Shown here: positions 51,007 through 63,199 of the stretch, piece by piece
Layout of the letters: each line of letters begins with the position of its first letter
Numbering within the stretch: position 1 is the first letter of the stretch
Assembly (NCBI GenBank): GCA_036785375.1
Contig: JAWMAR010000430.1
Coordinates: 1,612,001 to 1,676,000, forward strand
Direction: 5' to 3'
DNA from: Leucoraja ocellata
Taxonomy: Eukaryota
DNA: 64,000 nucleotides
Notes under the pieces: model-generated
The model's database searches: none
The model's input: only the letters and a program-made list of their open reading frames with translations
What the model was told of the DNA's origin: nothing
Position numbers and translations under genes: made by a program

Positions 51007-52599
51007 GTATACATTAAAAATCCAGCACAGTCTTCATGCTCACTTTCTCAAATCAAGGGAAATAAAAACTCAATTGTTCTGCTATATATATATAAGTCTC
51101 TGATTACAGCTAAAGAGCCAGGAAGACGGTGTAAAAGCTCCTTAACTGCATAGTAATTAAGTATAAATATTGCAGAATTATTTGGTGTAGAAAATGAGAA
51201 GTAGGTAACATTGAAGCAAAGCTACCTATGACCTCTTGAACTGTTAATCAATTCATTCATTGCAATTTTGCCACATCACCGAGACAGGCAAACAATGGGC
51301 TGCTAAGCAACCGCAATTGAACATGACATAAATTAGGACCTTATAATTGGCAACAGCTGATAGGGGCTGGAAAAGCGAAGCCGTGGTGGCTTGGCTCCTG
51401 TGAAGAAGTCATTCCAAAAATGGAAGGTGGGGCTGTGAGCCTGTTTTGGTCCAAGGGCTTAGACAAAGACCCAGTGTGGGCCACAAACAGATGAAACTGT
51501 GGTCTGTGGAATTTATCCAGGAGTAATTCATCTGCAGGAAATAATGTATTATCAAAACGCCACTAACATTCAGCAGGCAAGTAAAATTCCCAAGTTGCTT
51601 ATGGGGAACTGAGCTGGTTTAGGGAAGGATGATACTATCTTTAGGACCCAGCCTGATGCAGCATACACTGTCATTCACAGGGTAACCTAGACGTCTTTGT
51701 GCTTCAGTATATTTCAAGTGATTTTGAAATACTCATAGATTGAAATGCATTTCCCTTTCCCTTGGAATGGCTAGTATTCCATGTCCGTTCATCGTTAGAG
51801 CACCCTGCCATGTTTTACTGCTCCTTGTTGCAGTGGACACCAATTTTAAAAGCAACAAACTAAATGGTGATTGATGGAATGTACTTACAGGCATATCAGT
51901 GTTACTTACAGACACAAACTGTGCCCTATTATGTGCAGTTTAGTGGTTTATTGTACAACCGGATACCTATTTTAAAAAAGTGCATTACGTCATATCAGGA
52001 CACGAATAACAACGTGACATTTAACATGCACTCCATAGATGCTGCTGCACCCGCTGATAAAGTTCCATCTTTTTTTTCTATTTGTCACTGCAATTTACAT
52101 ATTCCTTTTATGGACTGTTGCAGAGGGATAACCTGATAATTCAACAAACCACTTTGGTTCCTGTCTAATGTCTTCTGTTTGGAATAACCCATATATTTTG
52201 ACACCCTCGACATTTAATGTTCCCCTGCCATTTTGGTTGCTCAGGAAGTATCTACTGCAGTCATGGTGGGCATTACAGTGAAGTAGATTTGAGTGCTCTG
52301 AGTACATTTGATGGAATACATTAGTGTCAGCTTCAATTTCCATAAAAACTAATTTGAATTGAGCTTTGGAGATAACCCTTTCAGTGCAGATTAAAATAAT
52401 GAATAACCAAAACATGAAAGACAATTGAACTCGAAAACTAGAAGCCAAGTGCAAGGCATTGAAGTCCCATAATTAAGGGTGATCATGCAAAGGAACACAG
52501 GCTGAATTTGATGTCAAGCATAATACACTGGGTATCTGGATAAAGAATGCCAACAAAAAAAAAGAGAATTATGAGCATAGCGAATGGACTATTAACATA

Positions 52600-53352
52600 G
52601 ACTAGGGGGACTCTGTCTCTGTTGTGACTAAGAGAAGGGGGTTGCATCACATCTTGAACAACGGATACAGTGGATGAGGTTGGAGGAAGTGCAAGTGATT
52701 GTCGGGGTCCCTGAACAGAGTCGAGGGAAGACGTATAGGGACAGATGTGCATCTCCTGCGGTTGCAGGGGAAGGTATCTGGGGAGAGGGTGGTTTGGGTG
52801 GGAAGGGATGAGTTAACCAGGGAGTTGCGGAGAGAATGGTCTCTGTGGAAGGCGGAAAGGGATGGAGATGGGATAGGAACACGTGACTCGTGGTGGGATC
52901 CTGTTGGTGGCGAAAATGTTGGAGGATTATGTGTTGTATGCGACGGCTGATGGGGTGTGAAAGGTAAGGACTGGAGGGACTCTGTCTCTGTTGCGACTAG
53001 GGGGAGGGGAAGCAAGAGTGGAGCTGCGGGGTACTGAGGAGACACTTTAAGGGCCTCATCTATGTTGGAAGAGGGGAGCCCCCAATCCCAAAAAATGAGA
53101 ACATCTCGGATGTCGTGGTATGGAACACCTCATCTTGGGCGCAGATGTGGCGTAGACGGAGGAATTGGGAGTAGGGGATTAGGGGATGGAGTCTTTGCAG
53201 GAAGCAGGGTGGGAAGAAATATAGTCGAGATAGTTGTGGGAGTCAGTGGGTTTGTAATAGATATTAGTCAATTGTCTATTTCCCATGATGGGGACAGTGA
53301 GATCAAGAATGGGGAGAGAGGTGTCGGAGAAGTGAATTTGAGTTCAGGATGG
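52600..53352 (-). mobile_element. Penelope-like retroelement fragment (RT C-terminal part plus start of GIY-YIG endonuclease), frameshifted
   Basis: Minus-strand translation gives HPELKFT...LDLTV...IYYKPTDSHNYLDYISSHPASCKDSIP and FPCNRRRC...TCTSSNLIHCIRCSRC. Confidence 0.85.
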
Positions 53353-54477
53353 TAGTTGAAAATGATCCAGGGAGAAACTAGGTGTTTGTGTTTTATCACT
53401 GCTGGCCATTCAGTAATTGAGACTCACTGTTCAACTACTTTCACCACAAACAATAACTTTTTTCAGTACTTGACCAGCTTTCCAATCTTAGAAAGAAGGA
53501 CAACTTGTTAAGAATAAAGCAACCAATGTTGAAAAACTATTTGTTAAACTAATCGTTCATTACCTATGGTTACCAGTATTTTAATATGTTTGGTTTGTGT
53601 ATGCGTAATAGGAGAGAGGGAGGGAAATGGCTGCTGTTGTGGTCATTGACTATGATCCGTAATGCAAAAACTTTATTTCGGATTTTGCCATTCTCATTTT
53701 TGTTTTTGTTAAATTGATAGTCAGTGGGCAAAGCAGCAAAAACCCTTTAAGAAAATTTGATGATCCAACGCACTATTACTTAGCATGTGGTAATCTAGAT
53801 ACCATGTGGTCCACTATCATTTTGAATCTGTAATATCGACAACCTGTTCTGTTCACAATGTTTATGTGAGCCTGCATGAGTTGATGTAAATGGGTAATGC
53901 TAAATTCTGTAAACTGAGAATGATGTTATTGTTCTTCAGTGTAAGGCTGATTCTAATTACTGGAAACTAGCTGAGTAATTAAACCATGATTAACAGTGAA
54001 TTGGAGAACCACAGAAGAACTGCAATGATCCAGAGCCATTTGGTAATAATGCTGGCATAGTAGATTTTCGGGACTGTGAATGGTACTTCTATTGATACCC
54101 AACACACACTTTGGGAAATACTCCGGATCTTGGCTCCGGCTGCAAATGTGCTTGCCTTCCTGATCATTTGTGATTTGGCTGCACACCTAATCCACAGTGC
54201 GGCCTTAGCTGTACTCTGGACCCCTGGTTCTGACCCCGCACCTTACCTCCACTCAGGACCCTCAGCTCACATTCCCAACTCACGGTTGATGATCAGGATT
54301 TACAAACAATCAAACATCGGATTAATGGAGTTTTGTTTCACTTTCACCTTTTGGATTAATGTAAATAGAATTAAAGAACTTAAATGTAACAGCAACTTTA
54401 TTCACAAAATTAACTTTGCTGAAGAAAATAATGGAAGCTACCGAAATTTCTCTAATTTTCATTCTCATCTTTTTCAG

Positions 54478-54537
54478 CATGACCATAAACTACCTGTTAA
54501 AGAATTGGTAAAAAAATATGAAAGCAACCTTTTAAAA
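54478..54537 (+). CDS. ATP12A: ATP12A exon (HDHKLPVKELVKKYESNLLK)
   Basis: Acceptor ctttttcag, donor gtgagt. 60-nt phase-0 exon homologous to DDHKLSNRELEEKYGTDIIM. Confidence 0.88.
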
Positions 54538-56823
54538 GTGAGTCAACTGCATTAAAATTCAGCTTTTAGTTTTATAAAAGAACGTAGAGAAGAATCTGCA
54601 TTTTTCTCATGGTCCGATCTTGATAATACAAATGTGAATGAAAGCAAAATATATTATCAAATAATTAGAAAAAAGCAATGTAAATATTGGGATTTCTGAA
54701 TAAAACTGATTAGATGTTGAATCGTACAACTTGGCACATTATTGAACCTTTTCTTACTGTACAAGCAATGGATTTGTTCTGAGTTATGTGAAATCTATAA
54801 TATAACACATTATATAGCAGTTTAGATTCCAGACAAAACAAGGGCTGTCATTGCACAAACAAGTTCACCAGATAATATATTAAAATTCAATTCAGATACT
54901 AAGAATGGTGAACAGGTCCAACTAAAGTATTTTTGTTAACTCGGGCTGTGGTTGATTTGTACTTCATAGAAACATAGAAAATCGGTGCAGGAGCAGGCCA
55001 TTCGGCCCTTCGAGCCTGCACCGCCATTCAATATGATCAGTTTCCTACGGATGTATGGCGACCACATATTTTACTGTACCAATTGGTACATGTGACAAAT
55101 ACACGTATCTTGTATCTTCCATTTACTGTATTTAATCTATGTGCCCACATACCTATATGCAAGGATAATTCTATCTCGGTATTTTAATTCCCCAGCTATG
55201 TTAGCTTTTCGGTCTTGGAGGGAAAATGTAATTTCACTCATTTAAAAAACAAAAGAACATTTTTGTTCTGAATCTCCGCAACCAACCGCAGCTGATTCCA
55301 ATCAGCAAATGTTCAGACACTATGCCTGATGATATGTTCCAGTCGCCTTACCACAATTAATGTTAAACTGACGAATGTGTCAGTTCCTGACTGGTGACTA
55401 GTTTTGTATCATTGATTTCAATGGGAAGTGAATATTTGGAAGGTTGAACAGTAGATGATCTATGCAATAGTACATTTAATATTGGAAGCCAAATTTGCAC
55501 CCTGTATATTTTCCTGATATTTTGGCTATTAGATAATCTATTTACGATTTTGTGAGAGGACAAGAAGAAAACTTGGTTTAGGATATTTTGGGGAGCAAGT
55601 CCAGAGCTGATTGTCTTGTATCCACATGTCATTCATGCTTCAGTGAATAAGTATGGCATCCAGGCTGCTGCTAAATACACCTTAAGCATAAATGTCAAGC
55701 CAAAGAATATTTCCCATTGGAAATGTGAGATACCGATTGTAATTTACTTGTAATTTACTGCATGTACTTACAGGAGCAATAACAGTGTGGAACATTGTGA
55801 CTGAGTTATTTAAAAAAAATCAAGTTATATTCCTTGTGTATCTTGCAGTTTTCTCATTTTCTAAGGACTTGCTGAGGTAGGTTTTCTTGTGATGGCCGCA
55901 CTTTAATGTTTGAATTCTGAATGTGATCAATTGGAGGTGATTTGACAATTATAATAATCATCATTGACGTAATGGCTGACCTAAATATGGTGCTTCCAGT
56001 CGGAATTTTTGGATTGTTACCTGAAGTGGAAAACCCAGCTGACTTTTCCCTTCTGAGCTTGGTGTTTGTGAGGTCTATTGTGGCACCGTGGGTCAGTATC
56101 TGCTATTACTCAAGTTGGTGCAGAGCTCCCATTGATCCATAGATCTTTCTAGTTTGTATACCTCAGCCGTACAATGGCCAAAAACATGAAATCACATAAG
56201 CAGCAGCCAATTTTACAATTATAAGCAGCCTATTTCCAAGCATGAAATTTATGTTTAAAAGAGTTTCCTGGAATAAAGATGGACAAAGATTGTCTTAAAT
56301 ATCACTGACTGTGAAGAACAAATCTCAGTCTTTTTTTGATAATCAAATTAACTATATGTTATTGTATGGATTTTAAAAGCAGTGTTGCGAGAAGTGCAAT
56401 GACAGCACCTGGCGTTGCAGACATGTTTTTGATATTCCACTGTTTGATGCAAAGTAATTAGCTTATGAAGAGAGTGATTCTCATATTTGCATCATTGTCA
56501 ATTTCTATGATGCGTAGTCTCCATTATAACTAGCCTTTCCAGTCTGAACACGTCTTTTCTGATTTCTTGCAGAATATTTTAGAAAATGTACAATTTGAGC
56601 TACAGTTTATGCATTATCACAGGCTTAATGGAAATGGCAGTATTCGAATGGGCTTTAGAACAGAGATTGTGGATCAACAGTTTCATGTTTTTTCAGTGGA
56701 AGACATTGCTAGCTGAAGCAAATAATCGAACCACTATAAAGTATCCCATATAATGCCATAACAGACCTAATCATTTAGCCTTACTTTTGGTTAAGGTAGT
56801 TTTGACTTGGATTATTTATACAG

Positions 56824-57027
56824 GGTCTGACCAGCAACAGAGCAGCAGAGATCCTAGCTCGAGATGGCCCCAATGTCCTGACGCCTCCTAAGCGCACTCC
56901 TGAGATTGTCAAGTTTTTGAAGCAAATGATTGGTGGTTTCTCCCTTCTGCTTTGGATCGGAGCAATGCTTTGCTGGACTGCTTTTGCATTTCAGCTAGCA
57001 GAAGGCAATGCCACAGCCAAAGACAAC
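56824..57027 (+). CDS. ATP12A: ATP12A exon (N-terminal domain, TM1, extracellular loop)
   Basis: Acceptor tatacag, donor gtaagt, 204 nt. Encodes [68 protein letters not shown]. Confidence 0.95.
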
Positions 57028-58083
57028 GTAAGTAAAAAGAGCAAACCCTCTGTGTAAAATTGGCAAGCAATTATCTTGAAACATTTTCTATGTTGCTTCC
57101 TGAGCTAATGTCTATTGATTTGGTGTTGCCTGGGCTTCTAAACTCATAATATGGCATGCAGGATGTGCGCAAACATTGATAGCTGGAAACTTAGTAACTG
57201 CTACATTGGAAAAGGAGTAACATGCAGTGGCCAACCTTGAAAGGTGTGTTTTTAGGAGATTTCTAAAATAGAATTGTCCAATAGTTTGCAGTGAACCAAC
57301 TCGTCAGTGCACTCTCCCATTATATCCACTGCCTTTATGGCATTTTCCTGCATCAATATTCAGTTTATTTTTCCTGGTAACTCCTTGTCACCCCTGTTCC
57401 TGGTTGCTCCCTCCTTCATGCAGAGACAGTGAATCTCTGGAATATTTTTACCACAAACTGTGGTGGAGGCTGCATCATTGGCTATATAGTTAAAGAGGAA
57501 TGAGATTTTTTTTTTTTAAAAGAGCAAGGAATTAAGGATATGTGGCACTGGCAAGATATGAAGCCTGCCAAGACCATATTGAACGACGGATACAAGGAAT
57601 AGCACATGCTGTTTCATGCAAAAATATTATATTGAACATTATTGCCTTATTGAATGGCAGGATAGACTTGAGGGGCTGATTGACCTACTCCTGTTTTCTT
57701 ATGTTTTCTCATTGTTTATCTGCAGTTCTGTTTCATCACAAAGTCACTCGCCAATTTTGATGCACTTTCATATTACTGATTATAGTTAACAGTCAATGAA
57801 AATGTAACGTAATTTCTTGTACCACAATCCAAAAGGACTATCCCTTTTCCATTCAAGGTGCCCCAACTCCAATACCTCCACAATAATCTAAAAGGAATAA
57901 CGCCCCACATAGCTCCAATGCAGAAATTCCATTGACATCATGATGCCTCATAACTTGAACTTCATAACTTGGGTAATTCAATTAGAAATGAACTTGCGTG
58001 ACTTTGATCTGGGTTAAATTATTTCAATGAATATTTATTTTCATGAACCTGGAATTCGATTTAATAACAGTTTTGTGTTTCAG

Positions 58084-58197
58084 TTGTATTTAGGTGTTGT
58101 ACTTGCTGGAGTTGTCATCCTGACTGGCTGCTTTGCCTATTATCAAGAAGCAAAGAGTACCAATATCATGGCGAGCTTTCAAAAGCTGGTTCCCCAG
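58084..58197 (+). CDS. ATP12A: ATP12A exon (TM2)
   Basis: Acceptor gtgtttcag, donor gtacga. Encodes [38 protein letters not shown]. Confidence 0.95.
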
Positions 58198-58738
58198 GTA
58201 CGATCTGTTATTATGAATTGCTCTGTGATGACATTCATGAGAGTTTGAGGATTCTGTTTAAACAAAAAGCCTGTAAATAGGTTTTACTACAAATGTAAGC
58301 AGAAAGTTGCCAGATGTCATTAGAAACCTGGTATCCTTTCCAGGAAGAAACGTGCTTTTCCTTGCCTGACTAGCCTTTTGATAAGTCTAGTCTCTCACCA
58401 GTGGTGATTCTTAACTGTTCTCGTGGCTGAGCAAAATCCTCACTTTTATCAAAACTGCTACCAAAGGATTAAGAAAAAGGCCTACTCACCCGCCTGTTTA
58501 TGACAAAGCAGGGTGGGGGCAAAGACAGCAAATGGCCCACATATTGCTGAATAAGTGTTCTATGATAATGTTTAAGTTCAGCAATACTTGGATTATGCCT
58601 TTCAAAGAAATTTTAGTGTTTATCCTAGTCTTTATTCAACCAATGATTCATTTATAATTTGTATAACAATGAATAGCAGTTAAAATGACAAATTATTGTT
58701 CTATTAAATCGGTTAACATATTGAATGCTCCTTTCCAG

Positions 58739-58873
58739 CAAGCCCTTGTTATTAGGGATGGCATAAAACAACAAATTACAGCAGATAAACTGGTTGTTGG
58801 CGATATTGTGCAGATCAAAGGTGGTGATCAGATTCCAGCAGACATTCGTATCCTTTCTGCCCAGGGTTGCAAG
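58739..58873 (+). CDS. ATP12A: ATP12A exon (actuator domain)
   Basis: Acceptor cctttccag, donor gtagag. Encodes [45 protein letters not shown]. Confidence 0.95.
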
Positions 58874-59329
58874 GTAGAGTTTATTCCATTTTAAATTGAT
58901 GCGTATTCTGGAACTAGGTTTCTGCAGCGTTTTTTTTAAAACCTATAATGTGGGCGCAATAACATCTTTGAAAATAATCTGTTTAAATATGGATGCTTCT
59001 TCATGGTAGATAATAAGAAAACACACGGTGCTATTTTCAGTAAATGTTCTTTGTTGTTCAGGTTCTCCAATACTGCATACCAATCCCTCATTGAGACTAT
59101 AAGTGACCCACCTACTCTCAGTTTGCTCATCATCATCTATCAGATGATGTATGGGAGCCATTCAGGCTCCTTGTCTTTGTTTCTCTTTTTCCCTGTGGAA
59201 TTAACCCAATTTCAACTGTACCAAGCTCCACAAACTAACTCTAAAGAACAGAAATTTCCTTCAGTGCAGAAACAAGAGAGAAATCTGTCTCATAATGGCA
59301 CGGAAGCAAGGATGTGTGCACAGGCCCCT

Positions 59330-60190
59330 GCTCCACTCTCTCTACACCCATGACTGTGTAGCCAGACATGGATCCAATGCAACTTCACCAATGATATCAC
59401 TGTTGTTGGACAAGTAATGATTGTCAGAGTTACAGGAGCAAGATTGAAAAATCTGATTAATTGGTGATTGTACAACAATCTTGTTCTCAATGTTAGCAAG
59501 CCCAAGGAGCTGAATATTGATTTTAGGAAAGGAAAGCCAAGGAACAATAGATCAAAATTCCACAGGTGTATGGTAGAGAGCCACACTGACTGGTTGAATC
59601 GTGGCTTGGTTTGGTAACTTAAATGCCAAGGAATGAAGGAGGCTGCAGAAAATGGTGGACATTGCCTGTTCTGTCACTTGTATTAACCTCCCCACAATCA
59701 AAGAGATATACAGGAAGCATTGCCTCAAAAAGGCAGCTAATATCATAAACATCCATACTGCCCTGTTATTGGCGGTGCAGGCTCGAAGGGCCAAATGGCC
59801 TACTCCTGCACCTAGTTTCTATATTTCTATGTTTCTAATGCTCCCATTTCACTGTGGCCATCAAGAACGTGGTGCTGGAGCCTGAGAAATATGACCTCTT
59901 GGCTGAAGAACAGCATCTTCCCAACAACCATCAGGTTTTTGTAAAACAGCCCTAACCACAACCCTCTCTCAGCCACAAACTACTAAGGACTTTGTTTTGA
60001 TTGCATTATGTACTTTGATTTTTGCACTAGTGTGGTCTGGTTATTAATTTATTGTATTATTGATTATTGTATATTTATTTATTTATTTATTTATTCTTGT
60101 GTTATTGCATTAATGGGCCTGTAAAGCTGCAACAGGCTTGTTCCACATTGTTCCATTCCTGGCGCATATGACAATTAAACACCTGATCTT
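59330..60190 (+). mobile_element. Decayed Rex1/Babar-type LINE with a CR1 tail nested inside
   Basis: CCACTCTCTCTACACCCATGACTGTGTAGCC (SLYTHDCVA), LVLNVSKPKELNIDFRK and CLKKAANII remnants. Confidence 0.7.
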
Positions 60191-60515
60191 GACACTCTTG
60201 GTTTTAACAACACCCCTGGCATTTCTTTGAATCGTACAGAAGAAGTTATTTGTTGAATCCAGTGTAACAGTCTTTGAACTTCAAATTAGCTCCACTATCC
60301 TATTATCAATGGCTTTGTACCAATTTCCTTACTTTCTTGGTTGAAATCCACTTTCCTTTCAAAATATACAATTGAATCTCCTTCCACCACTATTTCAGGA
60401 AGACACTCCACTGATATTACTGAAATTAAACCTTCAAATCTCATTTTTAAAGAAGGTTATTCTACAGGTAAATAAACGTAAACTCCATTTCATTCATTTT
60501 GTTTCTTCGTGTAAG

Positions 60516-60633
60516 GTGGATAATTCTTCTCTCACTGGTGAGTCTGAAGCACAGTCTCGAACAGCTGAATACACGCACGAGAATCCGCTCGAAACAAAGA
60601 ACATCGGCTACTATTCCACTACTTGTCTTGAAG
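60516..60633 (+). CDS. ATP12A: ATP12A exon (TGES motif)
   Basis: Acceptor ttcttcgtgtaag, donor gtaagc. Encodes [39 protein letters not shown](G). Confidence 0.95.
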
Positions 60634-60683
60634 GTAAGCTGGAAGTAGCTGATAGTATTTTCACATTTATCTTGGATAAATGA

Positions 60684-60792
60684 GTCTGAGGAGAGGTCTC
60701 GACCCGAAACATCACCCATTCCTTCTCTCCAAAGATGCTGCCTGCCTGCCTGCCTGCCCCGCTGAGGTACTCCAGCATTTTGTGTTTATCTC
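60684..60792 (+). mobile_element. Penelope-derived short element in an ATP12A intron
   Basis: Hammerhead box followed by CACCCATTCCTTCTCTCC...GCTGAGGTACTCCAGCATTTTGTGT. Confidence 0.65.
60686..60713 (+). ncRNA. Minimal hammerhead ribozyme motif, sense strand of an ATP12A intron
   Basis: CTGAGGA-GAGGTC-TC-GACCC-GAAAC-ATC, flanked by AATGAGT and ACCCATT, which can pair at 6 of 7 positions as helix I. Confidence 0.5.
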
Positions 60793-61849
60793 TACAGAAC
60801 CTTTGTTGCAAACTGTTTGTCCACCGTGCAACCAAAGCCGCTAATCCTACTGAGTTATGGTCCTCGGGCCAATCTGTGTACGTCAGGCATGAATTTATCT
60901 TGTGAATACAGAACAGCTGTTATTGGAAAGGGCAGTGTCAGATTGTCAATATTTTTCACACTGAGTTTGCAAAATGTGAGAAATCATGAGGGATAGAAAG
61001 TCAATCTTGGTTAAATAATGGCTGCAGTACATTGTACTACTTTTCCAAAATTAGTTTCCATTGATATCAGTCAAATCCAAGTTTGGAGGGGGAGAGTAAC
61101 ACAACTAATATTACATTGCCTTGGAGACAGCAGATTATTTTATTTTTTTTGCACCTTTCAAAGTGCATTTGTATGCACAGTTCAACATTTATAATTTATT
61201 TGCAAAAGTAAATTATAAATGATCAACCAGACTTCTGCTTTAATAGGAATTGTTTTCATATAGTTCAGGTTTTTTGAAGTAAGTAAGCACATTTTATGTA
61301 TATAGCACGTTTAAATCAGCTCACATTGAAACCAAAGTACAGGGTACTTTACATAAAATAAATAATTAAGTACCCATACATACATAGAAAAAATTAAAAA
61401 TAAGAAAAAATGACAGCACATTATAGAATTCAACATGAACGTCCCACCACAACAGAATCAACATTTTCCACTGCAGGGAAAGGCATCAAAAAGTTGAAAG
61501 GTTTGTCTTTCTGATTTCCCAAAATTAATTGTAGTCTGGGAGAATATTATACTGCATCTGCAGGATATTAATGATCGTCCTTGGAACAGATTCCCTCTCT
61601 ATAATGTAAAACGGCCATGGATTGAGGATTCTTGTTTGCCTTCCTAGGAATTAGTGCACTCCTGCAATTTTGGACTCCAGCCAAATTGTCATTGGCAAGT
61701 GAAGTGAATACAATTATATCCATTGAAGACTCTTGCTTCAGTATCAATGTGGGTGTGGGGAAATTCATAGAAATCAAAGTAGAGAGAGGAGACTAATTTG
61801 TCCATCAATAAAACATATTAGGTTTTCCTTGGAGGCACAGATGCTTTAA

Positions 61850-62255
61850 TCCTGAGCAATAAACAAAGTGCTGGAGAACTAGTGAGGATCTGTGAAGGGA
61901 AATGGACAGATAGTGTTTCATGTGTAGGAAGGAACTGCAGATGCTGGTTTAAACCGAAGATCGACACAAAATGATGAGTAACTGCGGGACAGGCAGCATC
62001 TCTGGAGAGGAATAGGTGATGTTTTGGGTTGAGACCTTTCTTCAGACTAGTTAGGGGGAAAAGGGTAACAAAAGATATAGACGATGTAGAGAGATAAAGA
62101 ACAATGAATGAAAGATATGTAAAAAAGTAACATGATAATGGAAACAGGCCATTGTTAGATGTTTCATGTTGTGATCCTTCTTCAGACTCTCACCTATTCT
62201 TTTTGCTCCATGCATTCTGCCTGACTTAATGAGTTCCTCCAACAGATTTTAGTTT
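61850..62255. mobile_element. Nested Penelope-derived elements
   Basis: A younger copy at 61924-62159 is flanked by TGTTTCATGT (61914-61923, 62160-62169) and sits inside an older copy of the same family. Confidence 0.6.
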
Positions 62256-62360
62256 TTCCTTGATCTTACCTGCCAATATTTTTTTACTCACCCTTCCAAG
62301 TGTGCTTCTTATCTTCATTTTTGCACCAATTAGTAATTTTTTTTCCTTACAATTTCAAAG

Positions 62361-62629
62361 GCACTGCTACAGGCATGGTGATCAGCACAGGAGATCGCAC
62401 CATCATTGGAGGAATTGCATCGCTTGCATCAGCAGTAGAAAATGAGAAGACTCCAATCGCAAAAGAGATTGAACATTTTGTCTACCTTATAACTGGATTA
62501 GCTGTGGGAATGGGAGTTGCGTTCTTCATCATTTCAATAAGTCTCGGCTACAGAATACTGGATTCCATCATCTTCTTGATTGGCATCATTGTTGCTAATG
62601 TCCCTGAAGGTCTTCTGGCTACCCTCACC
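62361..62629 (+). CDS. ATP12A: ATP12A exon (TM3-TM4, PEGL motif)
   Basis: Acceptor tttcaaag, donor gtaagt. Encodes (G)[89 protein letters not shown]. Confidence 0.95.
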
Positions 62630-63199
62630 GTAAGTTCACAGTGTTAACACATGTTTCTGCTCTTAGTCTCCATTGGTTTACTAGGAGCTTTTGCTTATAG
62701 GGAAGGCATAAAGACAATCTGAATGAACAGATTTTAGACTTTAGCCCAAAACGGGAGTAGAAATGGCCGAATGCTATAATGGAAGATTAACCTGCTCACA
62801 TCCATAGGCAGCTAGCGGAAGAGTAAGGGCTTTATTCGGGCTGATAATTGGCAGTGGGAAATGCTTGGTAAAAATAAACCGACACTGGGCCAACCGACCA
62901 TCATTGTGGGGATGGAAATCATGCAATGTTTTAAAGATTCGCAATGGAGGAAGTGAGTTTGAGCCAACAATCGCTGTATGTTCTGGATACTTTGATCCAA
63001 AAGGCAGGTATACTCAGATTTGTTCTGCAGTGAGCAATGTAAAAGTATGACTAAGTGAGGCAGGGTTAGCAGTGAAGGACCCACATCTCTTGTTCTTGTC
63101 CAATAGTGTGAAATTCTCTTGGACAAGAGCAGAGAGAAGGTTGAGCAAACCGATCTTAACAATATAGTACAAAGTGGTCATTTAATTTGGGGAAGTCAA

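Larger units (their letters stand above)
54478..62629 (+). other. ATP12A: Partial gene span: non-gastric H+/K+-ATPase alpha subunit (exons equivalent to 3-8; 5' exons not found, 3' exons beyond the window)
   Basis: Six in-frame GT-AG exons of 60, 204, 114, 135, 118 and 269 nt. Residues diagnostic of ATP12A rather than ATP1A or ATP4A: [67 protein letters not shown]. Confidence 0.9.

Noticed and set aside
53491-53570. Frame KEGQLVKNKATNVEKLF after a TAG acceptor as a candidate ATP12A exon 2
   Set aside because: No credible phase-0 donor and only superficial similarity.
54478-62629. Assignment as Na,K-ATPase ATP1A or gastric ATP4A
   Set aside because: [21 protein letters not shown] and EAKSTNIM with NEKTPIA fit ATP12A better. 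ATP1A has GGDRIPAD and STNCVEG, and ATP4A has STMCLEG.
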